Origin: Eledone cirrhosa
Taxonomy: Eukaryota
Reading direction: 5' to 3'
DNA length: 64,000 nt
NCBI GenBank assembly: GCA_964016885.1
Contig: OZ024765.1
Location: 18,910,001 to 18,974,000 of the forward strand
The notes beneath the pieces were generated by a model. The model was given only the letters and a program-made list of their open reading frames with translations. It did no database searches and was not told the DNA's origin. Below, piece after piece: positions 27,101 to 41,044 of the stretch. The translations under genes and the position numbers were made by a program. Each line of letters starts with the position of its first letter. Position 1 is the stretch's first letter.

Positions 27101-28999
27101 CAAAATGAAATTAAAAGCAAGTAAATCAGGGGCCACTAAACTTTACATATTTAGTTTTATTTCTATCGTGAAAAATGTTGATCTTCAGATATTAGATTAT
27201 GGCGGCTGTAATTGTCTTTGTGTTTACGTGTTTGTTTGAAATCCTATGTTAATGTTCGTCTCTCTTTAAACATCGTTTATAGTTTGTTAAAATTAATTTT
27301 AGATTATTCGTACCTCGTCTGTGTGGTTTATTTTGATGTAGCGTCCCTGTCTTGTTTATTTTTGGTTACATTTTAAATGTGAAATACAGGAACATCAGAC
27401 ATTAAAATGAAATGTTACGTAAAACACACACCTTGTGTTTATTCCAGGTATTTAGATAGATGTCCAGATGTCCACTGACAACAAAATAATACAATCATCC
27501 AGTGAAACTTGGTAATAATCCAGGTTCGTTGCAGTCACCATTCACCAATGGTTAGAAAGAATCAAAAACAAAAACAAAAGACGTATTCAGCAGTTAATGA
27601 AGTGAAAACAAAATAAAAACAACTTTACTGAATAAAATTCATTTCTTAATTTCAATAAGGTTTTTTGTTCTTTCTTTTATAAAAAAAAAAAATGTTAATT
27701 AAAATATGTTGAATATAATATGGGACATTACTACAACGTACAACATTATTAGTTCAAATCTTATTTAATAAAAGCAACAAATACGCAGTTATTAGTATAA
27801 AACCTAACGGAAATCGAACCCTAAATCAGGATCTCCACCGTCTCTAGCGCTTACCATTAGGCCACAGGGACGGTTACAAAAATGCATTGAAAATTAATAT
27901 TTACTTACCTATACTAGAAAAAACCGGAAGTGGAGAAAATTGAAAAACTTCTTTTTCTTCCTCTGATTTTTGCCACGAACGATAACTCGTCTCTGACTTA
28001 AATCCAAATTTTGGATGAAAAAAAATCAGAGGAAGAAAAAGAAGATGTTTTTCAATTTTCTCCACTTCCGGTTTTTTCTAGTAATGAAAAAGTAGGTTTA
28101 TAAATATCAATTATCAGTAAGTTTCTGTAACCGTCCCCTTAGCCTAGTGGTAAATATAAGAGCCGGTGGAGGTCCAGGTCCGGGGTTCAATCACTGGCAG
28201 TGTATCGTATTATATTTTTTATAGTATAAAACAAAAATAAAAAAGTAACTTTATAAATATTAATTTTCACACTGTTTTTATATCTGTCTCCGTGGCCTAA
28301 TGGTAGGTATTAGAGACGGTGGAAAACCTGCTGTGGGTTTCGATTTCAGTCAAAGTCTATAGATAATAATTTCATTTTTTACTTTGCTAGAGAAAAATTT
28401 AAATTTAAAAATATATAGTACAGATTCGGACTGAGATTGAACACCACATCAGTGTCTACATAGTCTCTAACACCTACCATTAGGCCAACGAAACAGATAC
28501 AAGAACATAAGAAACAATTTATATTTATAAACCTACTTTCAATTTCCAAGCAAAATAGATGTGCTGGCGTTCATGGCTTTCTCATTGTTATTTCTACTAT
28601 AATCGGGTCAATGTTTACATTTATTCTTCTGGGGCTTTCATAAAATATATTTTCACTTTCTTTCGGGTTCATTAGATCCTACAACCAGATGATCTACAGG
28701 GACCTTCTTCGTGGTCATAGCTGATTATTAAATATATACGGGAGAGTGTGTGTGTGTGTGTGTGTATTTGATCTTGCCGTGATGTACTCAGCAATAATGG
28801 TTTTCAATTCCGTCCCTCCATCCTTGGTGTGTATATAAATATATATGCGATTTTAACGTACAACGGCGACAATATATAAATCTGTTTTGTTTGATAATAA
28901 TTAGATAAAGCTAATTCTACAACCCCTGTTAAACATTGAAACCACGACTATAAAATATAGCAACAACCATGACATAACAGTCTCTGGTTAAATATGAAT

Positions 29000-30120
29000 A
29001 TACCTCGAATGATGCTATATATTAATCCAGAGGAGGAGGTGACTATTATAATGTTTTATAAGTAATAATCTTTTAAAGACAAGAGGAAATTTCATCATTA
29101 AAATCATAAATATATGTCTACAGAATACAGATTATCAAAATGAAATTAAAAGCAAGTAAAGCAGGGGCCACTAAACTTTACATATTTAGTTTTATTTCGA
29201 TCGTGAAAAATGTTGATCTTCAGATATTAGATTATGGCTGTAATTGTCTTTGTGTTTACGTGTTTGTTTGAAATCCTTTTTTAATGTTTGTCTTTCTTTA
29301 AACATCGTTTATAGTTTGTTAAAATTAACTTTAGATATTCGTACCTCGTCTGTGTGGTTTCTTTTGATGTAGCCTCTGTGTTTTGTTTATTGGTTACATT
29401 TTAAATGTGATATACAGGAACATCAGACATTAAAATGAAATGTTACATAAAACACACACCTTGTGTTTATTCCAGGTATTTAGATAGATGTCCAGATGTC
29501 CACTGACAACAAAATAATACAATCATCCAGTGAAACTTGGTAATAAACCAGGTTCGTTGCAGTCACTATTTACAGTAAACAATGGTAAGAAAGAATCAAA
29601 CACAAAAACAAAAGACGTATTCAGCAGTTAATGAAATGAAAACAAAATAAAAACAACTTTACTGAATAAAATTCATTTCTTAATTTCAATAAGGTTTTCT
29701 GTTCTTTCTTTCATAAAAAAAACACAAATTTTAATTAAAATATGTTGAATATAATATGGGACATTACTACAAAGTACAGCATTATGCGTTCAAATCTTAC
29801 TTATACTAGAAAAACCGGAATTGAAAAAATTGAAAAACATCTTTTTCTTTCTCCGAAATTTAGATTTAAGTCAGAGATGAGTTATCGTTCGTGGCAAAAA
29901 TTTCGTTTTTCTCTACACTTGCGGTTTTTTTCTATTATAAGTAAGTAAATATTAATTTTCAATGCATTTTTGTAACCGTCCCTGTGGCCTAATGGTAAGT
30001 ACTAGAGACGATGGAGATCCTGATTTAGTGTTCGATTTCCGTTAACTTCTATACTAATAGCTGCGTTTTTGTTGCTTTTATTTATTGAATGAAAAACTAG
30101 GTTTATAAATATCAATTTTA
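29000..30120. repeat. Diverged terminal remnant of the array unit with an internal segment in opposite orientation
   Basis: Matches unit positions ~4042-4625 and 1-216. Then 29804-30082 is the reverse complement of unit ~217-535, followed by the cassette-B leader. Confidence 0.9.
29972..30043 (+). ncRNA. tRNA-like cassette A in plus orientation (terminal remnant)
   Basis: GTAACCGTCCCTGTGGCCTAATGG...GTGTTCGATTTCCGTT. Confidence 0.55.
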
Positions 30121-30600
30121 CATACTTCTATTTAAGTAACAGCTGTACTAAGAGTGGGAAATGAAATTTTGTTTCATTTTTTCCGTTTATCATTTTCGCT
30201 GCACCCGGCCGATTAACCCACTCGATATGCAAATTGCGCTACTCAGCCGTTAATATGCATAAGGTAAGTATACACGTTCAACAATCTGGCAGGAAGGTAT
30301 ACGTTGCTGACGATAGCTAATAAGCTTGAAAGTAGTACAGCGTTCCTTTGTCAGTGTTGAGCAAACGAGCAAGACACTACGGCTTAATACGGGATGTTTG
30401 TTTACAAACACATCGATCATTATAATAAATGTTCGGTGAATCCATACGTACATATATATATGTGTGCATGTATGTATATATATATATACATACTACTGTA
30501 CGTCAGTATACATATATGAATGTACGTGTACATACTTATATTTAAGTAACAGCCGTACTAAGAGTGGGAAATGAAATTTCGTTTCATTTTTTCCGTTTAT
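30120..30600 (+). mobile_element. 410-bp-unit terminally redundant element with hammerhead motif (Penelope-like or retrozyme-like)
   Basis: 70-bp direct repeat at 30121-30190 and 30531-30600 (3 mismatches), an internal hammerhead motif, and a 3' end running into (TA)n. Confidence 0.6.
30291..30347 (+). ncRNA. Degenerate minimal type-I hammerhead ribozyme
   Basis: ACGTTG-CTGACGA-tAGCTaataAGCTt-GAAA-GTAG-TA-CAGCGT. Stem I ACGTTG/CAGCGT is extended by AGGA/TCCT; stem III is mismatched (GTAG where CTAG is expected). Confidence 0.55.
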
Positions 30601-30606
30601 ATATAC

Positions 30607-30688
<82 letters not shown>

Positions 30689-30768
30689 GTATATATATAT
30701 AAATATATGTGTATATATATGTTTATGTATATATAAATATATAGTGTATTGAATATTTTTATATATAC

Positions 30769-30820
<52 letters not shown>

Positions 30821-31011
30821 ATATATAGATATGTTTATCTATGAATGTATATATATGTGTGTATATGAATATTTACTATATATATATATATATTTATTAA
30901 AATAACAGATTAAAGTTTAAGCAAAGAATCGCTGCTTTCACCCTTAACGGGATCTTCTGAATATATATACATAGATATATATGAATGTATATATATATGT
31001 GTGTGTATATG

Positions 31012-31060
<49 letters not shown>

Positions 31061-31128
31061 TATATACACACATACGCATATATATATACAGTATATTTAT
31101 TTATATATATATTTATATATATATATAA

Positions 31129-31804
31129 CTCAGGTTCATCTGAATCATTGAGCACTTGCCGCACATCTCGGAGGTTGTTTTTCGTTATTTCGTGGGCCGA
31201 AATGCGAATCTCAATAATTTATGTTTGTATTATTCTCCAGACTCTAGCTATTGACCAGTTAATTTTCTTGATTTTTTAGTTGATACTATTGACTGATGAA
31301 TAGCTTATGTTAATTTTAACCCTTCTGTTGAGAACTCTATTCGATTTGTGATGTTTTTGCATTCTTGCAAAAATATACACAACTGATTTCATTCGCCTGA
31401 TATAGGGGTTGCCTCCCTTGCGGATCCCCACGTGGGGTCAGCAATAGTCAGTCCTTGTATTAACATTGAACTAAAACCTGTTGAGAAAGTGGCTTCCTTG
31501 TTCAATCATCTTACCAGAAGCCTGACATTATTTATGTTGGCGGACGGTACTTGATTTAGGAGCCGTAGAAACCCATATACTGGATTTTACCAACCTTCCA
31601 GGGGTCCGGGTAAATTTTCAATACCCGAATTACTTGATCGGCTTTTTTGGCTATACGAATGATTGTTTAACCATCAGTGTGTTTGGCCTTTAACGTTTGT
31701 TTTAGCTCTGGTTCATGTGAATCATTGAGCACTTGCCGCACAACTCGGAGGTTTTTTTTCGTTAATTCGTGGGCCGAAATGCGAATCTCGATAATTTATG
31801 TTTG
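31129..31804. mobile_element. 577-bp-unit terminally redundant element in (TA)n; inverted relative of the 615-bp unit
   Basis: ~95-bp direct repeat at 31133-31227 and 31710-31804 with (TA)n on both sides; colinear shared motifs with the reverse complement of 36411-37025. Confidence 0.75.
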
Positions 31805-31822
31805 CTTATATATATATATATA

Positions 31823-32095
31823 TTTAAACCTTTATTAATTACAAGATTAAAAAATATATAAAGAAAATATATCTTATTCCTTAAACTACTGTATTTGTAA
31901 GACGTTGCTTAAACTATATATTTATGTCTGTATATTAAATTGTAATTATATATATATGTATATATAATATATTGTATATATAATATACAGACATAAATAT
32001 ATAGTTTAAGCAACGTCTTACAAATACAGTAGTTTAAGGAATAAGATATATTTTCTTTATATATTTTTTAATCTAGTAATTAATAGAGGTTTAAA
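31823..32095. repeat. Long inverted repeat (~115-bp arms, TA-rich spacer)
   Basis: 31823-31937 is the reverse complement of 31981-32095 with about 2 mismatches. Confidence 0.92.
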
Positions 32096-32209
32096 ATATT
32101 TACTATTTACCTGAGTGATTAAAACATTCCTAAGCCGATTAAGAGGCCGAGTGAAGTATGTTTCCTATACTGTTTATCATACTAGTTAAGCTGTTGTTAT
32201 TATTTTGTA

Positions 32210-33250
32210 ATTGCAGCATAGAGTTACGCCCCTTTACGTCCTGAGTTCAAATTCCACCGAGTTTAACTTTGCCTTTCATCCTTACGAGGTCGATAAAATA
32301 AAGTACCAGTAATGCACTGGATAATTGCTGGCCTTGTGCCTAAAGTAGAAACAATTATATATCCAGGGCGGTGGATTGGCAGTATCGGTAGAGGGTCGGA
32401 CGCCATGCTTTGACGTATATAGTTACGTCCCTTTACGATCTGAGTTCAAATCCCGCCGAGTTTAACTTTGCCTTTCATCCTTACGGGTTCGATAAAATAA
32501 AGTACCAGTAATGCACTGGATAATTGCTGGCCTTGTGCCTAAAGTAGAAACAATTATTTGAATTTAAATAGGGTGGTGGATTGGCAGTATCGGTAGAGGG
32601 TTTGACGCCATGCTTTCCAGCATAGTTACGTCCCTTTACGATCTGAGTTCAAATCCCGCCGAGGTTGACTTTACCTTTCATCCTTACGGGTTCGATAAAA
32701 TAAAGTACCAGTAATGCACTGGGTATTGCTGGCCTTGTGCCTAAAGTAGAAACAATTATATATCCAGGGCGGTGGATTGGCAGTATCCGTAGAGGGTCGG
32801 ACGCCATGCTTTGACGTATAGATTTACGGCCCTTGCCATTGTGAGTTCAAATCCCGCCTAGGTTAACTTTGCCTTTCATCCTTACGGGGGTCGATAACAT
32901 AAAGTACCAGTAATGCACTGGAATAATTGCTGGCCTTGTACCAAAAGTAGAAACAATTCTTTTTTAATTGCAGCATATAGTTACGTCCCTTTCTAATCTG
33001 AGTTCAAATTTCCGCGGTCGATTAAATAAAGTACCAGTAATGCACTGGGGTCGATTTATTTCGCCTTTTCCCTCTTCCCAAATTATACGAGAAATCATTA
33101 TTTGAGGGCAGTCGATCGGCCCTATTAGTAGAGCCTTATACACCACGCTTTGAGGCATAGCCCTTTACGTTCTGAGTTCGAATCGCGCCGAGATAAACTT
33201 TGTTTTTTATCCTTACGGGGTCGGGTGCACAAAGCCCCAGTAATGCACTT
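32210..33250 (+). mobile_element. Head-to-tail cluster of ~190-bp tRNA-derived SINEs (full copies at 32365, 32570, 32766, plus partial copies)
   Basis: Head GGCGGTGGATTGGCAGTATCGG, B box GAGTTCAAATCC, body TTTGCCTTTCATCCTTACGGG.TCGATAAAATAAAGTACCAGT, tail GTAGAAACAATTAT. Confidence 0.88.
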
Positions 33251-33478
33251 TTACAGTACTAGAACTGTTTCCCGCGCAGGAATCCATTTACGTTTCTCCT
33301 ATGTTCTTTCCTAAACAAGATGGCGTAGAACAGATAAAAGACGAGACACAAAAAACAACAAAGGTATCAATCTATCTATCTATATATATATATAACGAAG
33401 GCAATGTGGTAAGGAATCCGGTGGGCCATAACGCACCAAAGAACTCAATACTTAGGGTAGTAGAGTATGTAATAGGAA

Positions 33479-33597
33479 CGAGTAGGATCCCGAAGGCAGA
33501 GCTCAAGCCGTTTCGACGGCTAATTCTGGACTAAAAATATTTAGTCCAAGAATTAGCCGTCGAAACGGCTTGAGCTCTGCCTTCGGGGTCCTACTCG
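33479..33597. repeat. Near-perfect palindrome (~57-bp arms, ~4-nt loop) next to (TA)n
   Basis: CGAGTAGGATCCCGAAGG...GGACTAAA is the reverse complement of TTTAGTCC...CCTACTCG. Confidence 0.92.
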
Positions 33598-33677
<80 letters not shown>

Positions 33678-33917
33678 TAAGTCATTCCGGGTTGAAACGG
33701 AGGTAAACACAGTAAGTAAGGTACTCAATACATAGCAGGGTATAAAAGTTTTAATATCTATATTAAAATATATATGTGTGTATGTGTGTATGTAGGGGGG
33801 GGGGTGTATATAAATATATGTATGTATATAAATATATATATATATAAATATATATATAGATATAAATATATATATAAATATATATATATATATAAATATA
33901 TATATATATAGATATAA

Positions 33918-33956
<39 letters not shown>

Positions 33957-34116
33957 GATATAAATATATATATATATTTCGTTTCTGAATTTGTTTAGCA
34001 AGATTCTTTATCTGAAATCGTGTGTTGAAACCGATATTGCACACAACACACACACAGAAACAAAATGGCGTAGGACAGAAGAAAGGAAAGGCACAGAAAC
34101 AAAGAAAGGAATCCCC

Positions 34117-34161
34117 AGTCACTGAAGAGGTCACAGAGTGTGTGACGAAAGGACTATGACT
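34117..34161 (+). ncRNA. Minimal type-I hammerhead ribozyme (Penelope-like type)
   Basis: AGTCA-CTGAAGA-g-GTCACA gagtg TGTGAC-GAAA-GGAC-TA-TGACT: perfect stems I and II, one-pair stem III, CUA cleavage triplet. Confidence 0.8.
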
Positions 34162-34301
34162 ATATATAAACAACTATCTGGTTGTGGAACCAACCAACCA
34201 ACCAGAATTTATAAATTTGTAAATTTATAAATATATAATAAATTGAAGTGAAACAACTGGTGCGTGTGTTTCTTATTGGCAACATGACCCTCCCAAAGTA
34301 T

Positions 34302-34341
<40 letters not shown>

Positions 34342-34342
34342 A

Positions 34343-34408
<66 letters not shown>

Positions 34409-34410
<2 letters not shown>

Positions 34411-35120
34411 AAATACAATATGTTGAAAAGGTAACACACCAGAGGGAGATATACAGTGCGCTATCAATAAAAGAGGGAAAAACCACCAGTGTATAGAATC
34501 TATTCTCCTTTGAGCACAATATTTACAGGGAATGGCGAGGGCCTATGGCTCCGTTAATTTATCGTGATATTTCGCTCCTTATAACAGTCTTTCCTATCTC
34601 TCTGTTTGGTTGAGCACACTTCTCTGAATGGTTTTGGGCTGCCCTTTCTAGCAGTTCGTCTCTCAGAGGTCACTGGTTCACTTCACTGCCCTTAAACACG
34701 CTGTGACTTCTCTCTCCCACGTGTAGCTGGACAGTCACTTTTAAAATGCTCTTACTGTTGTCTTAAATGTATAGCCTTACACACGCTGATGAAACGGCGT
34801 TATTCCATTTCTGTCAACAAATTGGTGGCGAAACAGATCTCTTTGGATTTGTACGTGTGTTAAATAGTTATAGAGGTATTTATTTACGCTTTAATTTATA
34901 TTTTTAATTATCGTGTCTATAGTCTACCCTTCATAGGTTATAGATTCCATACACTGGTGGTTTTTTTCCCTGTTTTATTGATAGCGCACTGTATATCTCT
35001 CTCTGGTGTGTTACCTTTTCAACATATTGTATTTTAAAGAGCTCAGGATTTCTTCTCCTTTGAGCACATTATTTACAGGGATTGGCGAGGGCCGATGGCT
35101 CCGTTAATTTATCGTAATAT
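34409..35120 (+). mobile_element. Non-autonomous Penelope-like or retrozyme-like element (550-bp unit, inverted plus direct terminal repeats)
   Basis: 34411-34502 is inverted at 34941-35034; 34503-34570 is directly repeated at 35053-35120. It has an internal hammerhead and (TA)n on both sides. Confidence 0.8.
34779..34860 (+). ncRNA. Type-I hammerhead ribozyme with full stem III
   Basis: ACACACG-CTGATGA-(irregular stem II)-GAAA-CAGATC tctttg GATTTG-TA-CGTGTGT: 7-bp stem I, 6-bp stem III, GUA site with cleavage predicted after 34853. Confidence 0.82.
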
Positions 35121-35302
35121 ATATATATATATATAGGATATACGTTCCTTCACGCACAAGGCGCCAAGGTACGCATGTATTGTCCAACCAAATGCCAGTG
35201 TGGTTCAATGGCGGGTTAATAAATTAACGAGCCAGAACAAATATAAATAAGGTCAATTTTTTAAAATTTATTTTGAAACTTTTTCATTATTTGCTAAACC
35301 TT

Positions 35303-35346
<44 letters not shown>

Positions 35347-35429
35347 GTATATATATATGCATATATGTAAATGTATATATATATGTATATGTAAATATGT
35401 ATATACATATATATGTATATGTATGTGCG

Positions 35430-35499
<70 letters not shown>

Positions 35500-35502
35500 T
35501 AT

Positions 35503-35539
<37 letters not shown>

Positions 35540-35836
35540 TTGATAGATATACATAAATAGATATATAGATAGCTATATATAGATAGATTTACATAGATAG
35601 ATATACATGTACTAAAAGGGTCGATTCGGCTAAAGGCATTCACCATCGGAGTTCGGTGGGGGTGTTAAACCCTAAGTCAGATTAGTGCTGGAATCCATTG
35701 AATGCTATTATGTATAAGAGATTAAGTTGTAAGTCGTTGTTAGATATGCTTCTGTTTATTATATACAGCAGGATGTTATTGTAAACTGTACAGATTTATA
35801 TGTATAAACAGGTCAGGACAGAGACATGCTTGTATG

Positions 35837-35909
<73 letters not shown>

Positions 35910-35939
35910 TCATATGAGTACGTATATATAAGTGTACAT

Positions 35940-36410
<471 letters not shown>

Positions 36411-37975
36411 TTAGAAAGATCGAGTATCGAAAAATCGGCGCACGAGTTAACGAAAAACGAAATCCGATATGAGCGGCAGAGGGCTCAATAATTCAGATGA
36501 ATCAGAGCTATAACTATCGTTAAAATACCGTCACATATAGAACAAGTCTACAATCAACCATACGATTTAAAATCGATAAAGGAAGATTCGGGCCAAACAG
36601 ATAAAAAATATCAATAAAACAATACGTCAATAATTTAAATGAATGTAAAATCATACCCGGACCCACTAGAAAGGTGTTAAATCTAGCTTCATGGGTTTCT
36701 GTAAATCCTAAGACAGTACTCTATCAGCTCACATATAAATATAAAAGCCTACTAGAATAAGTGGAAAGGAATTTACGTTGTCAACGAGTTTTATCCTGGC
36801 GGCAAAGGAGTCAACTAGCGGTGAAAAACGCACATGGCATTAGACAAGGGAGATGACCCCTATATCCGCGAAAATAATTCGAGTGAATATGGAAATACAC
36901 ATATCGAATTAGAGTGCTCAATAGACATGTTAAAATAAAACAAAAGCTATTCATCACTCAATAGAATCGACAAAATATGAGCAATAAAATTAACTGGTGG
37001 ATAGCTATGTCCAGAGCTAAATATATTAGAAAGATCGAGTATCGAAAAATCGGCGCACGAGTTAACGAAAAACGAAATCCGATATGAGCGGCAGAGGGCT
37101 CAATAATTCAGATGAATCAGAGCTATAACTATCGTTAAAATACCGTCACATATAGAACAAGTCTACAATCAACCATACGATTTAAAATCGATAAAGGAAG
37201 ATTCGGGCCAAACAGATAAAAAATATCAATAAAACAATACGTCAATAATTTAAATGAATGTAAAATCATACCCGGACCCACTAGAAAGGTGTTAAATCTA
37301 GCTTCATGGGTTTCTGTAAATCCTAAGACAGTACTCTATCAGCTCACATATAAATATAAAAGCCTACTAGAATAAGTGGAAAGGAATTTACGTTGTCAAC
37401 GAGTTTTATCCTGGCGGCAAAGGAGTCAACTAGCGGTGAAAAACGCACATGGCATTAGACAAGGGAGATGACCCCTATATCCGCGAAAATAATTCGAGTG
37501 AATATGGAAATACACATATCGAATTAGAGTGCTCAATAGACATGTTAAAATAAAACAAAAGCTATTCATCACTCAATAGAATCGACAAAATATGAGCAAT
37601 AAAATTAACTGGTGGATAGCTATGTCCAGAGCTAAATATATTAGAAAGATCGAGTATCGAAAAATCGGCGCACGAGTTAACGAAAAACGAAATCCGATAT
37701 GAGCGGCAGAGGGCTCAATAATTCAGATGAATCAGAGCTATAACTATCGTTAAAATACCGTCACATATAGAACAAGTCTACAATCAACCATACGATTTAA
37801 AATCGATAAAGGAAGATTCGGGCCAAACAGATAAAAAATATCAATAAAACAATACGTCAATAATTTAAATGAATGTAAAATCATACCCGGACCCACTAGA
37901 AAGGTGTTAAATCTAGCTTCATGGGTTTCTGTAAATCCTAAGACAGTACTCTATCAGCTCACATATAAATATAAA
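36411..37975. mobile_element. 2.5 tandem, apparently identical copies of a 615-bp unit embedded in (TA)n
   Basis: TTAGAAAGATCGAG occurs at 36411, 37026 and 37641; the third copy ends at ACATATAAATATAAA, running into (TA)n. Confidence 0.9.
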
Positions 37976-39520
<1,545 letters not shown>

Positions 39521-39732
39521 TCAGTTTATAATCTTCGTATCTTTGATCTTCCATATTTTCCTTCATCCTACTGAGCGCCATGTCTTAATCATGCATGTCT
39601 TAATTTATCAGCCCGGATCCTCTTCTACTACTACTACTACTACTATTACTACTACTACTACTACTACTACTACAACTACTACTACTACTACTGCTACTGC
39701 TAATAATAATAATAATAATTATTATTATTATT

Positions 39733-39921
39733 GGGCGGTTGATTGGCAGTATCGGTAGAGGGCCGGACGGCATGCTTTGACGCATAGAGTTACGGCCCTT
39801 TCCATTCTGAGTTCAAATCCCGCCGAGGTTAACTTTGCCTTTCATCCTTACGGGGTCGATAAAATAAAGTACCAGTAATGTACTGGGTAATTGCTGGCCT
39901 TGTTCCAAAAGTAGAAACAAT
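39733..39921 (+). mobile_element. tRNA-derived SINE
   Basis: Full-length match to the 32.4 kb copies. Confidence 0.88.
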
Positions 39922-39932
39922 TATTATTATTA

Positions 39933-40120
39933 TTATTTTTACTTTTGGCACAAGGCCAGCAATGACCCAGTACATTACTGGTACTTTATTTTATCGACCC
40001 CGTAAGGATGAAAGGCAAAGTTAAGCTCGGCGGGATTTGAACTCAGAATGGCAATGGCCGTAACTCTATGCGTCATACATGGCGTCCGACCCTCTACCGA
40101 TACTGCCAGTCAACCACCCT
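39933..40120 (-). mobile_element. tRNA-derived SINE, tail-to-tail with the previous copy
   Basis: Reverse complement of the same consensus; shares a (TAT)n tail with the plus-strand copy. Confidence 0.88.
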
Positions 40121-40121
40121 C

Positions 40122-40167
<46 letters not shown>

Positions 40168-40178
40168 TAGAGAGAGAG

Positions 40179-40223
<45 letters not shown>

Positions 40224-40650
40224 TAGGCAGACATATAAACAGATAGATAGATCGTTAAATAGGGAGAAACATCGAGATAGAGAGACAGGGGGGCGAGGGA
40301 GAGAGAGAGAGGGAGAGAGGAAAGAGAGATACATAGACAGAGAGAGAGAGAGAGAAAGAGAGAACAAAGATTAGTAAACAAAGAGGCTGGGGTGTTGAAT
40401 AAAATATCACACGCACTGTTATATCCGCAAATTTATCATAACTGTTGCTTAATTATCGTTTTATAGATCCATAATTACGGCCTTCCATAAGCTAGTAATA
40501 AACACCAGGAAATATGACAAGGTAATCCTATGAAAACTATGGATGCCCTTTACAGCGATCGAGGCTTTATTTTCTCTTCACATAAACAGTCTCGGCACAA
40601 TTACATTTATCCAGTCAACATTAACAGACAATGTTATTAAGAACTATATT

Positions 40651-41044
40651 TAGGGCGGTGGATTGGCAGTATCGGTAGAGGGTCGGACGCCATGCTTTCC
40701 AGCATAGTTATGTCCCTTTACAATCTGAGTTCAAATCCCGCCGAGGTTGACTTTGCCTTTCATCCTTACGGGGTCGATAAAATAAAGTACCAGTAATGCA
40801 CTGGGTAATTTGCTGGCCTTGTGCCTAACGTAGAAACAATTATATATATATATATATAAGGGCGGTGATTTGACAGTATCGGTAGAGTGTTGGACGCCAT
40901 GCTTTCTAGCATAGTTACGTCCCTTTACAATCTGAGTTCAAATCCCGCCGAGGTTGACTTTGCCTTTCATCCTTACGGGGTCGATAAAATAAAGTACCAG
41001 TAATGCACTGGGTAATTGCTGGCCTTGTGCCTAAAGTAGAAACA
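40651..41044 (+). mobile_element. Tandem SINE dimer flanked by an 18-bp direct repeat
   Basis: Copies start at ~40652 and ~40860; GTTATTAAGAACTATATT lies at 40633-40650 and 41045-41062. Confidence 0.85.

Noticed and set aside
30930-30962. Fourth hammerhead on the minus strand (CAGAAGA-T-CCC..GGG-T-GAAA)
   Set aside because: Core mutated (CAGA for CUGA) and stem I truncated by (TA)n; at most a relic.
31290-31340. SECIS-, box C/D- or hammerhead-like reading of TGATGAATAGC...TTGAG
   Set aside because: Helix II pairs poorly, the AA motif is missing in the 615-bp homolog, there is no GAAA or CUGA partner, and no upstream ORF. Kept only as a conserved block.
40467-40521. Possible 55-nt exon (TTTTATAG|...AAG|GTAATC)
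   Set aside because: One frame is open but there is no recognisable peptide or partner exon; cannot be supported without RNA data.
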